From Pseudomonadota bacterium (GTDB lineage Bacteria; Pseudomonadota; Gammaproteobacteria; Steroidobacterales; Steroidobacteraceae): a stretch of DNA of 57,714 nt. Shown here in pieces: positions 10,677 through 18,801 of this stretch; positions within the stretch are counted from its first letter, which is position 1, and each line of letters opens with the position of its first letter. The stretch spans positions 1 through 57,714 of the forward strand of contig JAKAYU010000001.1 of the NCBI GenBank assembly GCA_021809525.1, read 5' to 3'. A program made the translations under genes and the position numbers. A model generated the notes under the pieces. It did not search any database and had not been told where the DNA came from. It saw nothing but the letters and a program-made list of their open reading frames with translations.

Positions 10677-11000
10677 ATGGCAGCGCGAAAGATCAAGCTT
10701 ACTCACCCGGGCAAGATCCTCCGGGAGGAGTTCATGGAGCCAGTAGGCCTAAGCGCGTATGCGCTGGCCAAGGCCCTGGACGTTCCGCTGCCTCGTGTAA
10801 ACGACATCGTGCGCGAGAAGCGCTCGATCTCGCCGGAAATGGCCGTGCTGCTCTCGGCGTATTTCGGCACGTCCGACGATTATTGGATCAATTTGCAGGG
10901 GCACTTCGACCTGGAAATGGCCAAGGACAAGGTCGGCAAGCAGGCCGCCCGGATCAGCCCTCATCCTCACGGCGCAAACGGCAGTTTGCAGCCCGTCTGA
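10677..11000 (+). CDS. higA: HigA-family antitoxin (XRE-type HTH)
   Basis: 'HPGKILREEFMEPVGLSAYALAKALDVPLPRVNDIVREKRSISPEMAVLLSAYFGTSDDYWINLQGHFDL' matches the HigA antidote family. It lies 14 nt downstream of higB. Confidence 0.9.
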   Translation: MAARKIKLTHPGKILREEFMEPVGLSAYALAKALDVPLPRVNDIVREKRSISPEMAVLLSAYFGTSDDYWINLQGHFDLEMAKDKVGKQAARISPHPHGANGSLQPV

Positions 11001-11113
11001 GGTCCACGCTGGTCTACCGGTACAACGGCGCTGAGCGCTACCGGAAGTCGACCTGGCAGTGCTGCGAGCAGATGTGACTGCCGGGCGTTTGTGGGATTTC
11101 CATGCTCAGCGCC

Positions 11114-11200
11114 GACTACCGCTAGCAGTACTTGGCGAAGAATTCCGACGGCTACTGCGGCCTCGGCGGCTGCGGCGTGGCGTACTCCAAGGCGGTCTGA
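11114..11200 (+). pseudogene. msrA: displaced 3' fragment of msrA (candidate attR plus the native msrA tail)
   Basis: Reads DYR*QYLAKNSDGYCGLGGCGVAYSKAV* in one frame and repeats the DNA of 9263-9309. The part to the right of the 11-bp core (11161-11200) is GC-rich like the host. Confidence 0.7.
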
Positions 11201-11358
11201 GCCCGCAGTGAATCCGGTGTCGCGCCGAGCCGCACCCCGGCATCAACTCATGCCGAGGGGTGCTTGATTTCCCGCCCGGTTCCCACCGAGAATCTCTCTC
11301 GAGCGCCCGCGACCCAGTGGGCGGGCTATTGGCAAGCGCGCCGGCTTCGAGGGGCCTC

Positions 11359-12687
11359 ATGTCACGTCGTCTTTCCACTGCCGCAGGCGCGGCGGGGTTC
11401 GTGTGCGTCGTTGCTCTTGCGCCCCCCGCGGCCCGCGCGGCGGGACTGGCATTGGCCGCGACGCACGCGGTCAATTCCGGCAATACCGCCTGGCTGCTGA
11501 CTTCCACCGCACTCGTGCTGTCGATGACGCTGCCCGGCCTGGTGGCGTTCTACTCCGGCCTCGTGCGCAGCAAGAACGTGCTGTCGGTGGCGATGCAGTG
11601 TTTCGCGATCGCCTGCCTGGTGAGCATTCTGTGGGTGGCGGGCGGCTATGGGCTGGCCTTTGGCCGCGGCGGCACGCTGCAGGAGCTCATCGGTTCGCCT
11701 GCGGCCGGGTGGCTGGGCAGCATCGGCCGCAACGCGCTGCACGGCACGACGCCCGTGGCCGCCTTCGCGATGTTTCAGCTGACCTTCGCGATCATCACCC
11801 CGGCGCTGGTGATCGGCGGGTTCGCCGAGCGGATCAAGTTCAGCGCGGTGCTGTGGTTCTCGGGGCTGTGGCTGCTGCTGGTCTATCTGCCGGTCTGTCA
11901 CTGGGTCTGGGGCGGGGGCTGGCTGGCGCGGCTCGGGGTGCTCGATTTTGCCGGCGGCATCGTCGTGCACGTCACCGCAGGCGTCGGTGCGCTGGTGAGC
12001 GCGCTCGTGCTGCGCGAGCGCAAGGGCTTCCCGCACCTCGCCATGCCGCCGCACAACATGACGCTCACCATTCTCGGCGCCGGCATGCTCTGGGTGGGCT
12101 GGTTCGGGTTCAACGGCGGCAGCGCGCTCGCGGCGAACGGAACGGCCGCCATGGCCATTCTGGTGACGCACCTCGGCGCCTCGGCCGGCGCTCTGGCGTG
12201 GATGAGCGCCGAGTGGCGCAAGTTCGGCAAGCCGAGCGTGCTCGGCCTGGTCACGGGCATGGTCGCGGGGCTCGGCACCATCACGCCGGCCTCCGGGTTC
12301 GTCGGGCCGCTCGGGGGGGTGATCATCGGCGCGACCGCCGGTCTGGTGTGTTTCTCCGCCACGCAGGTCCTCAAGCGCAAGCTGCTCATCGACGATTCGC
12401 TCGATGTCTCGCCGGTGCACGGCGTGGGCGGTGTGCTCGGCACGACCCTCACCGGCGTGTTCGTCGCGGCGCCCCTCGGCGGAGTGGGTTACGCGGCGGG
12501 GATGGACCTGCTCCGTCAGGTCGGCGTGCAGATCCTTGGGGTCGTGAGCGTCGGGCTGTGGTGCGCGGGCCTCACGTACGTGATCCTCAAAGTGCTGCAG
12601 GCCACCATCGGACTGCGCGTCACCGAGGATCAGGAGCGCGAGGGACTCGATCTCTCGCAGCACGGCGAACGCGCCTACAATGAGTGA
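11359..12687 (+). CDS. amtB: ammonium transporter (Amt family) with signal peptide
   Basis: 'NSGNTAWLLTSTALVLSMTLPGLVAFYSGLVRSKNVL', 'DFAGGIVVHVTAGVGALV', 'GWFGFNGGSA' and 'DVSPVHGVGGVLGT' are Amt signatures. The start is set at ATG 11359 (signal peptide MSRRLSTAAGAAGFVCVVALA). Confidence 0.93.
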   Translation: MSRRLSTAAGAAGFVCVVALAPPAARAAGLALAATHAVNSGNTAWLLTSTALVLSMTLPGLVAFYSGLVRSKNVLSVAMQCFAIACLVSILWVAGGYGLAFGRGGTLQELIGSPAAGWLGSIGRNALHGTTPVAAFAMFQLTFAIITPALVIGGFAERIKFSAVLWFSGLWLLLVYLPVCHWVWGGGWLARLGVLDFAGGIVVHVTAGVGALVSALVLRERKGFPHLAMPPHNMTLTILGAGMLWVGWFGFNGGSALAANGTAAMAILVTHLGASAGALAWMSAEWRKFGKPSVLGLVTGMVAGLGTITPASGFVGPLGGVIIGATAGLVCFSATQVLKRKLLIDDSLDVSPVHGVGGVLGTTLTGVFVAAPLGGVGYAAGMDLLRQVGVQILGVVSVGLWCAGLTYVILKVLQATIGLRVTEDQEREGLDLSQHGERAYNE

Positions 12688-12765
12688 GCGGGCCGCGGTG
12701 CCGCTGCGCTGATGCACGCGGGCCGGGACCAGGCCGGTCATGGGGTCAATTCGCACGGGAGGCTC

Positions 12766-13125
12766 ATGAGCATGCACATTGTGGTGATGATTCTGTTGTC
12801 GGTGCACGCGCTGGCGGGGGTGTTCTGGGCCGGCTCGACGCTCGCCCTGACGCATTCGCGTTTCGAGGTGACGCCGAAGTTGTTCCGCGCCCAGATGGGT
12901 GCGGCGGCGATCGCGGTCGTGGCGGGACTGGCGCTCTGGGGCATCGTTATCCGCGGGGCGCAGGATCCCATGGCCCATATGCTCGCGCTCGGGGCGGCAC
13001 TCGCGGTGATCGCTGCCGGAGTGCAGGGCGCGATGCGCCGCACGCCGGTGCGGGCTCAGCGCATCGCCGCGGTGCTCCTGTCCGGCACGGTGGTGTGTAT
13101 GGTGCTCGCGCCCTACGTGACCTGA
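12766..13125 (+). CDS. small integral membrane protein of unknown function
   Basis: 119 aa with about four hydrophobic helices ('MSMHIVVMILLSVHALAGVFWAG...'). GGGAGG lies upstream. It immediately follows amtB. Confidence 0.5.
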   Translation: MSMHIVVMILLSVHALAGVFWAGSTLALTHSRFEVTPKLFRAQMGAAAIAVVAGLALWGIVIRGAQDPMAHMLALGAALAVIAAGVQGAMRRTPVRAQRIAAVLLSGTVVCMVLAPYVT

Positions 13126-13204
13126 ACGCAGCGTCGAGGGGGCGGGAGGGGTTCTCGCCGCACCGGTGCAACAGCGGGCCCGGGGCGATCCTTGGAGCGG
13201 CTTG

Positions 13205-14434
13205 TTACTGCATCGCTTCGCGGCGCGGCCGCTCGACATCGGGCAGCAAGCCGGCGAGCAGACCGATCACCGGCAACCACGCGCACAAGCGGTAGACCAG
13301 GTCGATGCCGGCCGAGTCGGCGAGCCGACCGAGCACCGCCGCGCCGATGCCTCCCATGCCGAAGGCAAAGCCGAAGAACAATCCGGCCACGGTGCCGGTG
13401 CGCCCCGGAAGCAATTCCTGCGCATAGACGATGATCGCGGGGAAGGCCGAAGCGAGAATCATGCCGATCGGCACCGTCAGCACGCCGGTCCAGAAGAGGT
13501 TGGCATGCGGCAGCAGCAGCGTGAACGGCAACACCCCGACGATCGAGCCCCAGATCACGTACTTGCGGCCGATTCGGTCGCCGATCGGCCCGCCGATGAG
13601 GGTGCCGGCCGCGACCGAGCCGAGAAACACGAACAGATGAATCTGCGCGCTCTGGATCGAGACATGGAAGCGGCTGATCAGGTACAGCGTGTAGTAGCTG
13701 GTGAGACTGGCCAGATAGAAATACTTGGAGAAGATGAGCGCCAGCAGCACGCTGATGGCCATCGTGACGTGTTTGCGTGTCGGGGCCGCCTCGGGCGCGG
13801 GGGCGCCCACGCTGCGCGGCTTGAGCCGTTGCAACCCATGCGTGCGGTACCAGTGTCCGACCTGGAACAGCACGAACATTCCCACCAGCGCCGCGCCCGA
13901 AAACCAGACCACGCTCGATTGGCCGTACGGCAGGACGATGAACGCAGCGAGCAGCGGCCCGACCGAGGAGCCGAGGTTGCCGCCGACCTGAAACACCGAT
14001 TGCGCGAGCCCGTGCCGACCGCCGGAAGCCATGCGCGCCACGCGCGAGGATTCCGGGTGAAACACCGATGAGCCGGTGCCGATCAGGGCGGCTGCCCCGA
14101 GCAGCAGCGCATAGGTGTGCGCATAGGCGAGCAGGGCCAGGCCGCAGAGCGTGAAGCCCATCCCCATTGAGAGCGAGTAGGGGCGCGGACGTCCGTCCGT
14201 GTAGCGTCCGACGAGCGGCTGCAGGATCGAGGCGGTGATCTGATAGGTGAAGGTCAGCGCGCCGATCTGTCCGAACGACAGATCGTAGTGCGCCTTGAGC
14301 ATCGGATACAGCGCCGGCAGCAGCGACTGCATCATGTCGTTCAGCAGATGGCTGAAGCTGATGGCAGCGAGCACCGCGAAGGCGGTCTGGCTGGCGGCCT
14401 GCGCGGCGCGTGTGCGGGCGAGGGTGTCGTTCAA
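13205..14434 (-). CDS. fsr: MFS transporter, fosmidomycin-resistance (Fsr) type
   Basis: Collinear with remembered E. coli Fsr ('ISFSHLLNDMMQSLLPALYP', 'GTGSSVFHPESSRVARMASGGRHGLAQSVFQVGGNLGSS', 'IFSKYFY', 'VYAQELLPGR', 'FGFAFGMGG'). Confidence 0.9.
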   Translation of the reverse strand: MNDTLARTRAAQAASQTAFAVLAAISFSHLLNDMMQSLLPALYPMLKAHYDLSFGQIGALTFTYQITASILQPLVGRYTDGRPRPYSLSMGMGFTLCGLALLAYAHTYALLLGAAALIGTGSSVFHPESSRVARMASGGRHGLAQSVFQVGGNLGSSVGPLLAAFIVLPYGQSSVVWFSGAALVGMFVLFQVGHWYRTHGLQRLKPRSVGAPAPEAAPTRKHVTMAISVLLALIFSKYFYLASLTSYYTLYLISRFHVSIQSAQIHLFVFLGSVAAGTLIGGPIGDRIGRKYVIWGSIVGVLPFTLLLPHANLFWTGVLTVPIGMILASAFPAIIVYAQELLPGRTGTVAGLFFGFAFGMGGIGAAVLGRLADSAGIDLVYRLCAWLPVIGLLAGLLPDVERPRREAMQ

Positions 14435-14562
14435 GGGCGGCTCCGGCGGAGGCGGCTACTGTGCCGCATCCGCCCCAGGTGCGCCTCTCTCATTCGATGA
14501 ACGGAAGCTGCGCGAGCCAATGCCCCGGGGGCGCCTTGCCGGCGGCCTCCGGGGTGAACGGA

Positions 14563-15387
14563 TCAGTTCGGCGGAGTGCTCGACGGGGTGCTCGGGGGGC
14601 TTTGCTGCTCAAGCGGATACGCCTGGGCGGCCGAGGAAGACGGTGCCGCAGGCGTGGCGGCAGCCGCCGGCGCCGCCGCGGAGGATGATTCGCCGGGCAG
14701 CCCGGCGGCGGTATCGATCGCGTTCAGGAAGCGGCTCGCCGCGTAATTGCTGCTCACGACCGCCCCGGACATGATCTGCGAGGCGCGCACGTGCGGCTGG
14801 CGATAGAAATCCGCGTCCGCGCCGTTGTCGACAGTGAGTTCCGAGCCGTCGATCGCCACGCCCGCGAACAGCCCTTTGTTGTGCGAGTAGGAGTACACGG
14901 CGGCGTTGAAGGTCTGCACGGTGGCCGCGGAGGCCTGCCGGCCGACCGGCCCGGCCGCCACGGAGGCGGACGCACCGAGTGTCACCTTGCCACCGCTCAA
15001 GCCCGCGACGCCCTTGCGCGAGGTGAACACCAGCACCAGGTCGGTCTTCTGCACGCCCCACTGAAAGCCGAAACTGCCCCCAGTGATGGTGATGAACACG
15101 GGACTGGAGAAGCGCCCGTCGGGCTTGCGCACGACCAGCACGCCGTGCCCGCGGCGCGCGCCGAAGAAGAAAGCGACCTTGGTGAGCCCCGGAATCACCG
15201 CGATGCCGTAGGCGCGCTGCAGCAGCCACTGGGGGATGCCTTGATCGCGAGTGCCTTTCAGATCGTTCAGAACCTGGGTGGCGAGCAGCAGCCGGCCTTC
15301 CTCCAGGGCCTGCGCGTGTGCGGCGACCGTCGCCAATGCGAACAGCACGCCGGCCAGCGCCGAGAGCAAGCGGGAACGAATGCGCAT
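14563..15387 (-). CDS. secreted SYLF (Ysc84/DUF500) lipid-binding domain protein with an Ala/Ser/Pro-rich C-terminal tail
   Basis: Signal peptide 'MRIRSRLLSALAGVLFALATVAAHA'. SYLF-type core 'AYGIAVIPGLTKVAFFFGARRGHGVLV...GGSFGFQWG...LGASASVAAGPVGR'. The start is moved from the ORF-track 15882 to ATG 15387. Confidence 0.8.
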   Translation of the reverse strand: MRIRSRLLSALAGVLFALATVAAHAQALEEGRLLLATQVLNDLKGTRDQGIPQWLLQRAYGIAVIPGLTKVAFFFGARRGHGVLVVRKPDGRFSSPVFITITGGSFGFQWGVQKTDLVLVFTSRKGVAGLSGGKVTLGASASVAAGPVGRQASAATVQTFNAAVYSYSHNKGLFAGVAIDGSELTVDNGADADFYRQPHVRASQIMSGAVVSSNYAASRFLNAIDTAAGLPGESSSAAAPAAAATPAAPSSSAAQAYPLEQQSPPSTPSSTPPN

Positions 15388-15536
15388 GTCAGGTTTACTC
15401 CAGTGCTCGGGGCTCGGGCGGGGCGGGTGCGCCTGAAGCGGCGCGCTGCGCGCGCTCACCCTAACCCATCCCGCTGCGTGAAGCTTACCGCAGACCGGGT
15501 GGCGATGGGAGTTGGCTGTGCGGGCGGGGCAACGGT

Positions 15537-16058
15537 TCAGCGCTCGTTCAGCGATAGCGGTGCGGTTGCCTCTCGGGTGGCGAGTTGTTCGAGCGGCTCG
15601 CCGGTCAGCCGGAAGATCCGCCAGTCCTGCAGCGGCTGCGCGCCGAGGCTGCGGTAGAAGGCGATCGACGGGGCATTCCACTCGAGCACCGCCCACTCCA
15701 GCCGGGCGCAGCGCCGCTCGACGGCCAGCCGGGCCAGATGCCGTAGCAGCTGCCGGCCGATGCCCTGCCCGCGCATGTGCGGCTTGACGTACAGGTCCTC
15801 GAGGTAAATCCCCGGCTGGCCCTTGAACGTCGAGAAATTGTGAAAGAAGAGCGCAAAGCCCACCGGTTCGCCCTGCCGGCACGCGAACACCACTTCCGCG
15901 AAGGGGTGTGCGCCGAACAGCGACTCGCGCAGGTCCGCAGTGGTTGCGACCACCTCGTGCTCGAGGCGCTCGTAGCGGGCAAGTTCGCGGATGAACTGGA
16001 GGATCTGCTCGACATCGGCCGCGACCGCCGGACGAATCTCGATCATGGCGGTGCTCAT
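15537..16058 (-). CDS. GNAT family N-acetyltransferase (diamine acetyltransferase-like)
   Basis: 'IYLEDLYVKPHMRGQGIGRQLLRHLARLA' is the acetyl-CoA binding motif A (R/Q-x-x-G-x-G/A). Its ATG overlaps the ppc stop (ATGA). Confidence 0.85.
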   Translation of the reverse strand: MSTAMIEIRPAVAADVEQILQFIRELARYERLEHEVVATTADLRESLFGAHPFAEVVFACRQGEPVGFALFFHNFSTFKGQPGIYLEDLYVKPHMRGQGIGRQLLRHLARLAVERRCARLEWAVLEWNAPSIAFYRSLGAQPLQDWRIFRLTGEPLEQLATREATAPLSLNER

Positions 16059-18772
16059 CCGGTGCTCTGCAGGCCCTGAGCGATGCCGGTGGTGCTGACC
16101 AACAGCGCCTCGAACAGATCGCGGTCGGCGCGCCCCCCGGCGCGCCAGCGCGCCAGCAGGTCGACCTGCATGAGATTCATCGGGTCGATGTATGGATTGC
16201 GCAGACGGATGGCCCGCTGCAGCAGCGGGTCGCCATCGAGCAGCTCCCTGGCATCCTTCAGCATCAGCACCTGATCGCGCGTCAGCTCGTACTCGCAGCG
16301 GATCACCTCGGCAAAGTGACGCAACGGCTCGGGCACGAGCGAGTGATAGGCTGCGGCGATCTCGAGGTCGGCGCGCGCGAGCATCGACTCGATGTCGTCG
16401 ATCAGATTGCCCAGGAAATTCCACTCGGCGTACATCGCGCGCAGTGTCTGCGCGCCGTGCCGCTCGGCGGCGGCCTTCAGACCCGAGCCGGCGCCGAACC
16501 ATGCCGGCAGCATGTGGCGGGTCTGAGTCCAGGCGAACACCCACGGCACCGGCAGGAGCCCTTCGATACCCTGCCCGGCGTGCCGGTGCACAGAGCGGGA
16601 GCCGACCTGCATGCGCTCGATGACATCGATCGGGGTTGCCGCGCGGAAGAACTCGTTGAACTCGCGCGCCTCGTACACCAGCGCCCGATACGCATCGCGG
16701 CTGACCGCTGCGAGTGTCGCGGCGCAGTCGATATGTGCCGGCGGCGTCGCGCGCGGGGCGTGCTCGGCGGTCGCGAGGCTGAGGGCATTGAAGGCCCTCT
16801 CCAGCGTGCGCATCGCGATCGGGCGCAATCCGTAGCCCTGCTTGATCGTTTCACCCTGCTCGCGCAGGCGCAGCACGCCGTTCGCCGAGCCCGGCGGGGC
16901 GGATTTAACCAGCCGGTCGATGCGCGCTCCGCCGCGCGCCAGACTCGCGCCGCGCACGTGCATGATCGCGAGATTCTGCACGGCCGAGCGGAGGTCCGCC
17001 GTGAGCGTGCGCTCGGCCTGATGAATCGCGAAGCGCGAGGCGCACGGGCCTGCCTCCATGTTGCTGTCGGAATAGCCGAGCAGTACGTTCTGCCGCCCGC
17101 CGCGGCCCTCCAGGTGGCGCGCGTAGGCCGGCTCGGACAGCAGCTGCTGCATGATCGAGCCGCATTGCTCGAGCGCGGTGATCGACTCGAACTGCGGTGC
17201 GATGTCGAGAGTGACCTCACCAGTGCTCTTGTCGAACACCGACGCCCAGCGCGCGAGCAGCAGGGCGGCGAGCACATCATCCACGCCCTGCGCGCCGCTC
17301 ACCACGAACGAGCCGATCGCCTGCGGGCCGTAGCGGTGGCGGATCTGCGCAAAAGTCTCGAACACCGCGAGGTTGCGCCGCGCGAGCGCGTCAAGCTCCA
17401 CGCGCGGACCGGTGTCCTTCTCCAGCGCCTCGGCCAGCAGCCGAGCGCGCTCGCCGCTCGAGCGGTCCGGCCAGGCCGGATCGTTGCCGCCCTGGGCGAT
17501 GATCTGATGCAGCACGCTGGCGTGCTGGCGCACATCGAGGCTCGCCAGATGAAAGCCGAAGGTGTCGATGCGCCGCAGGAGGCGGCGGATCTGGAACAGC
17601 CCCGCGGTGGCGCCCTTGTTGGCCTGCAGGCTCTCGGCGATGAGCTGCACGTCGTCGCGGAAGTGCTGCGCATTGTCGTACCCCTTGCCCCGGCCGTCCT
17701 GCGTTTCGCGTAGGCGCAGCGCGAGCTGCGAGAGGAACAGCCGGTACGGCATGCGGTCGCGGCGGCCGAGCATCGCCGGGCGCGCCCCAGGGGTGAGCCG
17801 CGCGTACTCCTCGATACGCTGCGTGAGCTTGGCCGAGACATTGGTTCGCCGCTCGCCCTGCGAGAGCCGCTCGGCGAGCTTCTGACACTCGGCGATGTAG
17901 GCGCCGAGCAGGATGTGCTGGTGGCGCACCAGCGTTTCACGGATGGTGCGCGCATGCACCTCGGGATGACCGTCCATATCCCCGCCCACCCACGAGCCGA
18001 AGCGCAGGATGCACGGCAGCTCGATCGAATCGGCCGGCACGCCGAATACCTTGCCGAGTGCGAGCGCGATTTCCTCGTAGAACGCCGGCACCACACGGTA
18101 GAGGATCTCGACCAGGTAGAACACCGCCTGCTCGCGCTCATCGCCTACGGTCAACTGCTTGCGCGGCAGCTCCTCGGTCTGCCAGGCGGTGGTCAGCTCG
18201 AAACGGATGCCGTTCCATTGGCTGCGCACCTCCTGCGGGGTGAGCGTCGGGTCGAGGCTGGCGAGCAGCCGCTGCGCCACGCGCTGCTGCTTGCGCAGCA
18301 GCGTGCGCCGGGTCGCCTGCAGGGAGTGAGCCGAGAAGACCGGCTCGATGCGTAGCCGGCCGATCAGCTGCAAGACCTGCTCGAGCGACATGCCCTTGCC
18401 GGCGAGCTCGGCGATGGCGCTCTCGACGCCTCCGGGCTGCGGGTGATCGGTGCGGCGGAAGTATTCGCGCCGGCGGCGGATCCGGTGCACGTTCTCGGCG
18501 AGGTTCACGGTGCGGAACCACATCGAGAAGGCGCGCACCAGCTCGCGGGCGAGCGCCGGGGGGCGGTCATGGACCGAGGCGCCGAGCTCGGCGGCTGCCT
18601 CGGCACTGCCTTCGCGGCGGGCGATCGCCGCGCGCCGGTCGAGCTCGACGAGCTCGAACAACGGCTGCCCGCCCTGTTCGCGCAGGATCTGCCCAATCAG
18701 CTCCCCGAGCGCGTGCACGTCTTTGCGCAGCGCCTCGTGTTCGGGCGGGAATTGGATGTCGCTTCGGTTCAC
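16055..18772 (-). CDS. ppc: phosphoenolpyruvate carboxylase
   Basis: 905 aa with a GTG start. PEPC blocks are 'VFSAHSLQATRRT' (TAHPTE-region equivalent), 'GYSDSNMEAGP', 'FHGRGGS'-region equivalent 'MHVRGASLARGG', and C-terminal 'GIAQGLQSTG'. Confidence 0.92.
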   Translation of the reverse strand: MNRSDIQFPPEHEALRKDVHALGELIGQILREQGGQPLFELVELDRRAAIARREGSAEAAAELGASVHDRPPALARELVRAFSMWFRTVNLAENVHRIRRRREYFRRTDHPQPGGVESAIAELAGKGMSLEQVLQLIGRLRIEPVFSAHSLQATRRTLLRKQQRVAQRLLASLDPTLTPQEVRSQWNGIRFELTTAWQTEELPRKQLTVGDEREQAVFYLVEILYRVVPAFYEEIALALGKVFGVPADSIELPCILRFGSWVGGDMDGHPEVHARTIRETLVRHQHILLGAYIAECQKLAERLSQGERRTNVSAKLTQRIEEYARLTPGARPAMLGRRDRMPYRLFLSQLALRLRETQDGRGKGYDNAQHFRDDVQLIAESLQANKGATAGLFQIRRLLRRIDTFGFHLASLDVRQHASVLHQIIAQGGNDPAWPDRSSGERARLLAEALEKDTGPRVELDALARRNLAVFETFAQIRHRYGPQAIGSFVVSGAQGVDDVLAALLLARWASVFDKSTGEVTLDIAPQFESITALEQCGSIMQQLLSEPAYARHLEGRGGRQNVLLGYSDSNMEAGPCASRFAIHQAERTLTADLRSAVQNLAIMHVRGASLARGGARIDRLVKSAPPGSANGVLRLREQGETIKQGYGLRPIAMRTLERAFNALSLATAEHAPRATPPAHIDCAATLAAVSRDAYRALVYEAREFNEFFRAATPIDVIERMQVGSRSVHRHAGQGIEGLLPVPWVFAWTQTRHMLPAWFGAGSGLKAAAERHGAQTLRAMYAEWNFLGNLIDDIESMLARADLEIAAAYHSLVPEPLRHFAEVIRCEYELTRDQVLMLKDARELLDGDPLLQRAIRLRNPYIDPMNLMQVDLLARWRAGGRADRDLFEALLVSTTGIAQGLQSTG

Positions 18773-18801
18773 CGGCGCCCGATTGTAGCCTAGCGCGCCC
18801 C

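Larger units (their letters stand above)
9310..11149. mobile_element. integrated islet (~1.85 kb) in the msrA 3' end: homing-endonuclease-like pseudogene plus higBA, no recombinase
   Basis: Bounded by duplicated msrA-tail sequence. G+C is visibly lower (60-nt lines I counted gave 42% and 58%, versus 65% for a flanking msrA line). The cargo is typical of accessory or defence islets. Confidence 0.6.
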
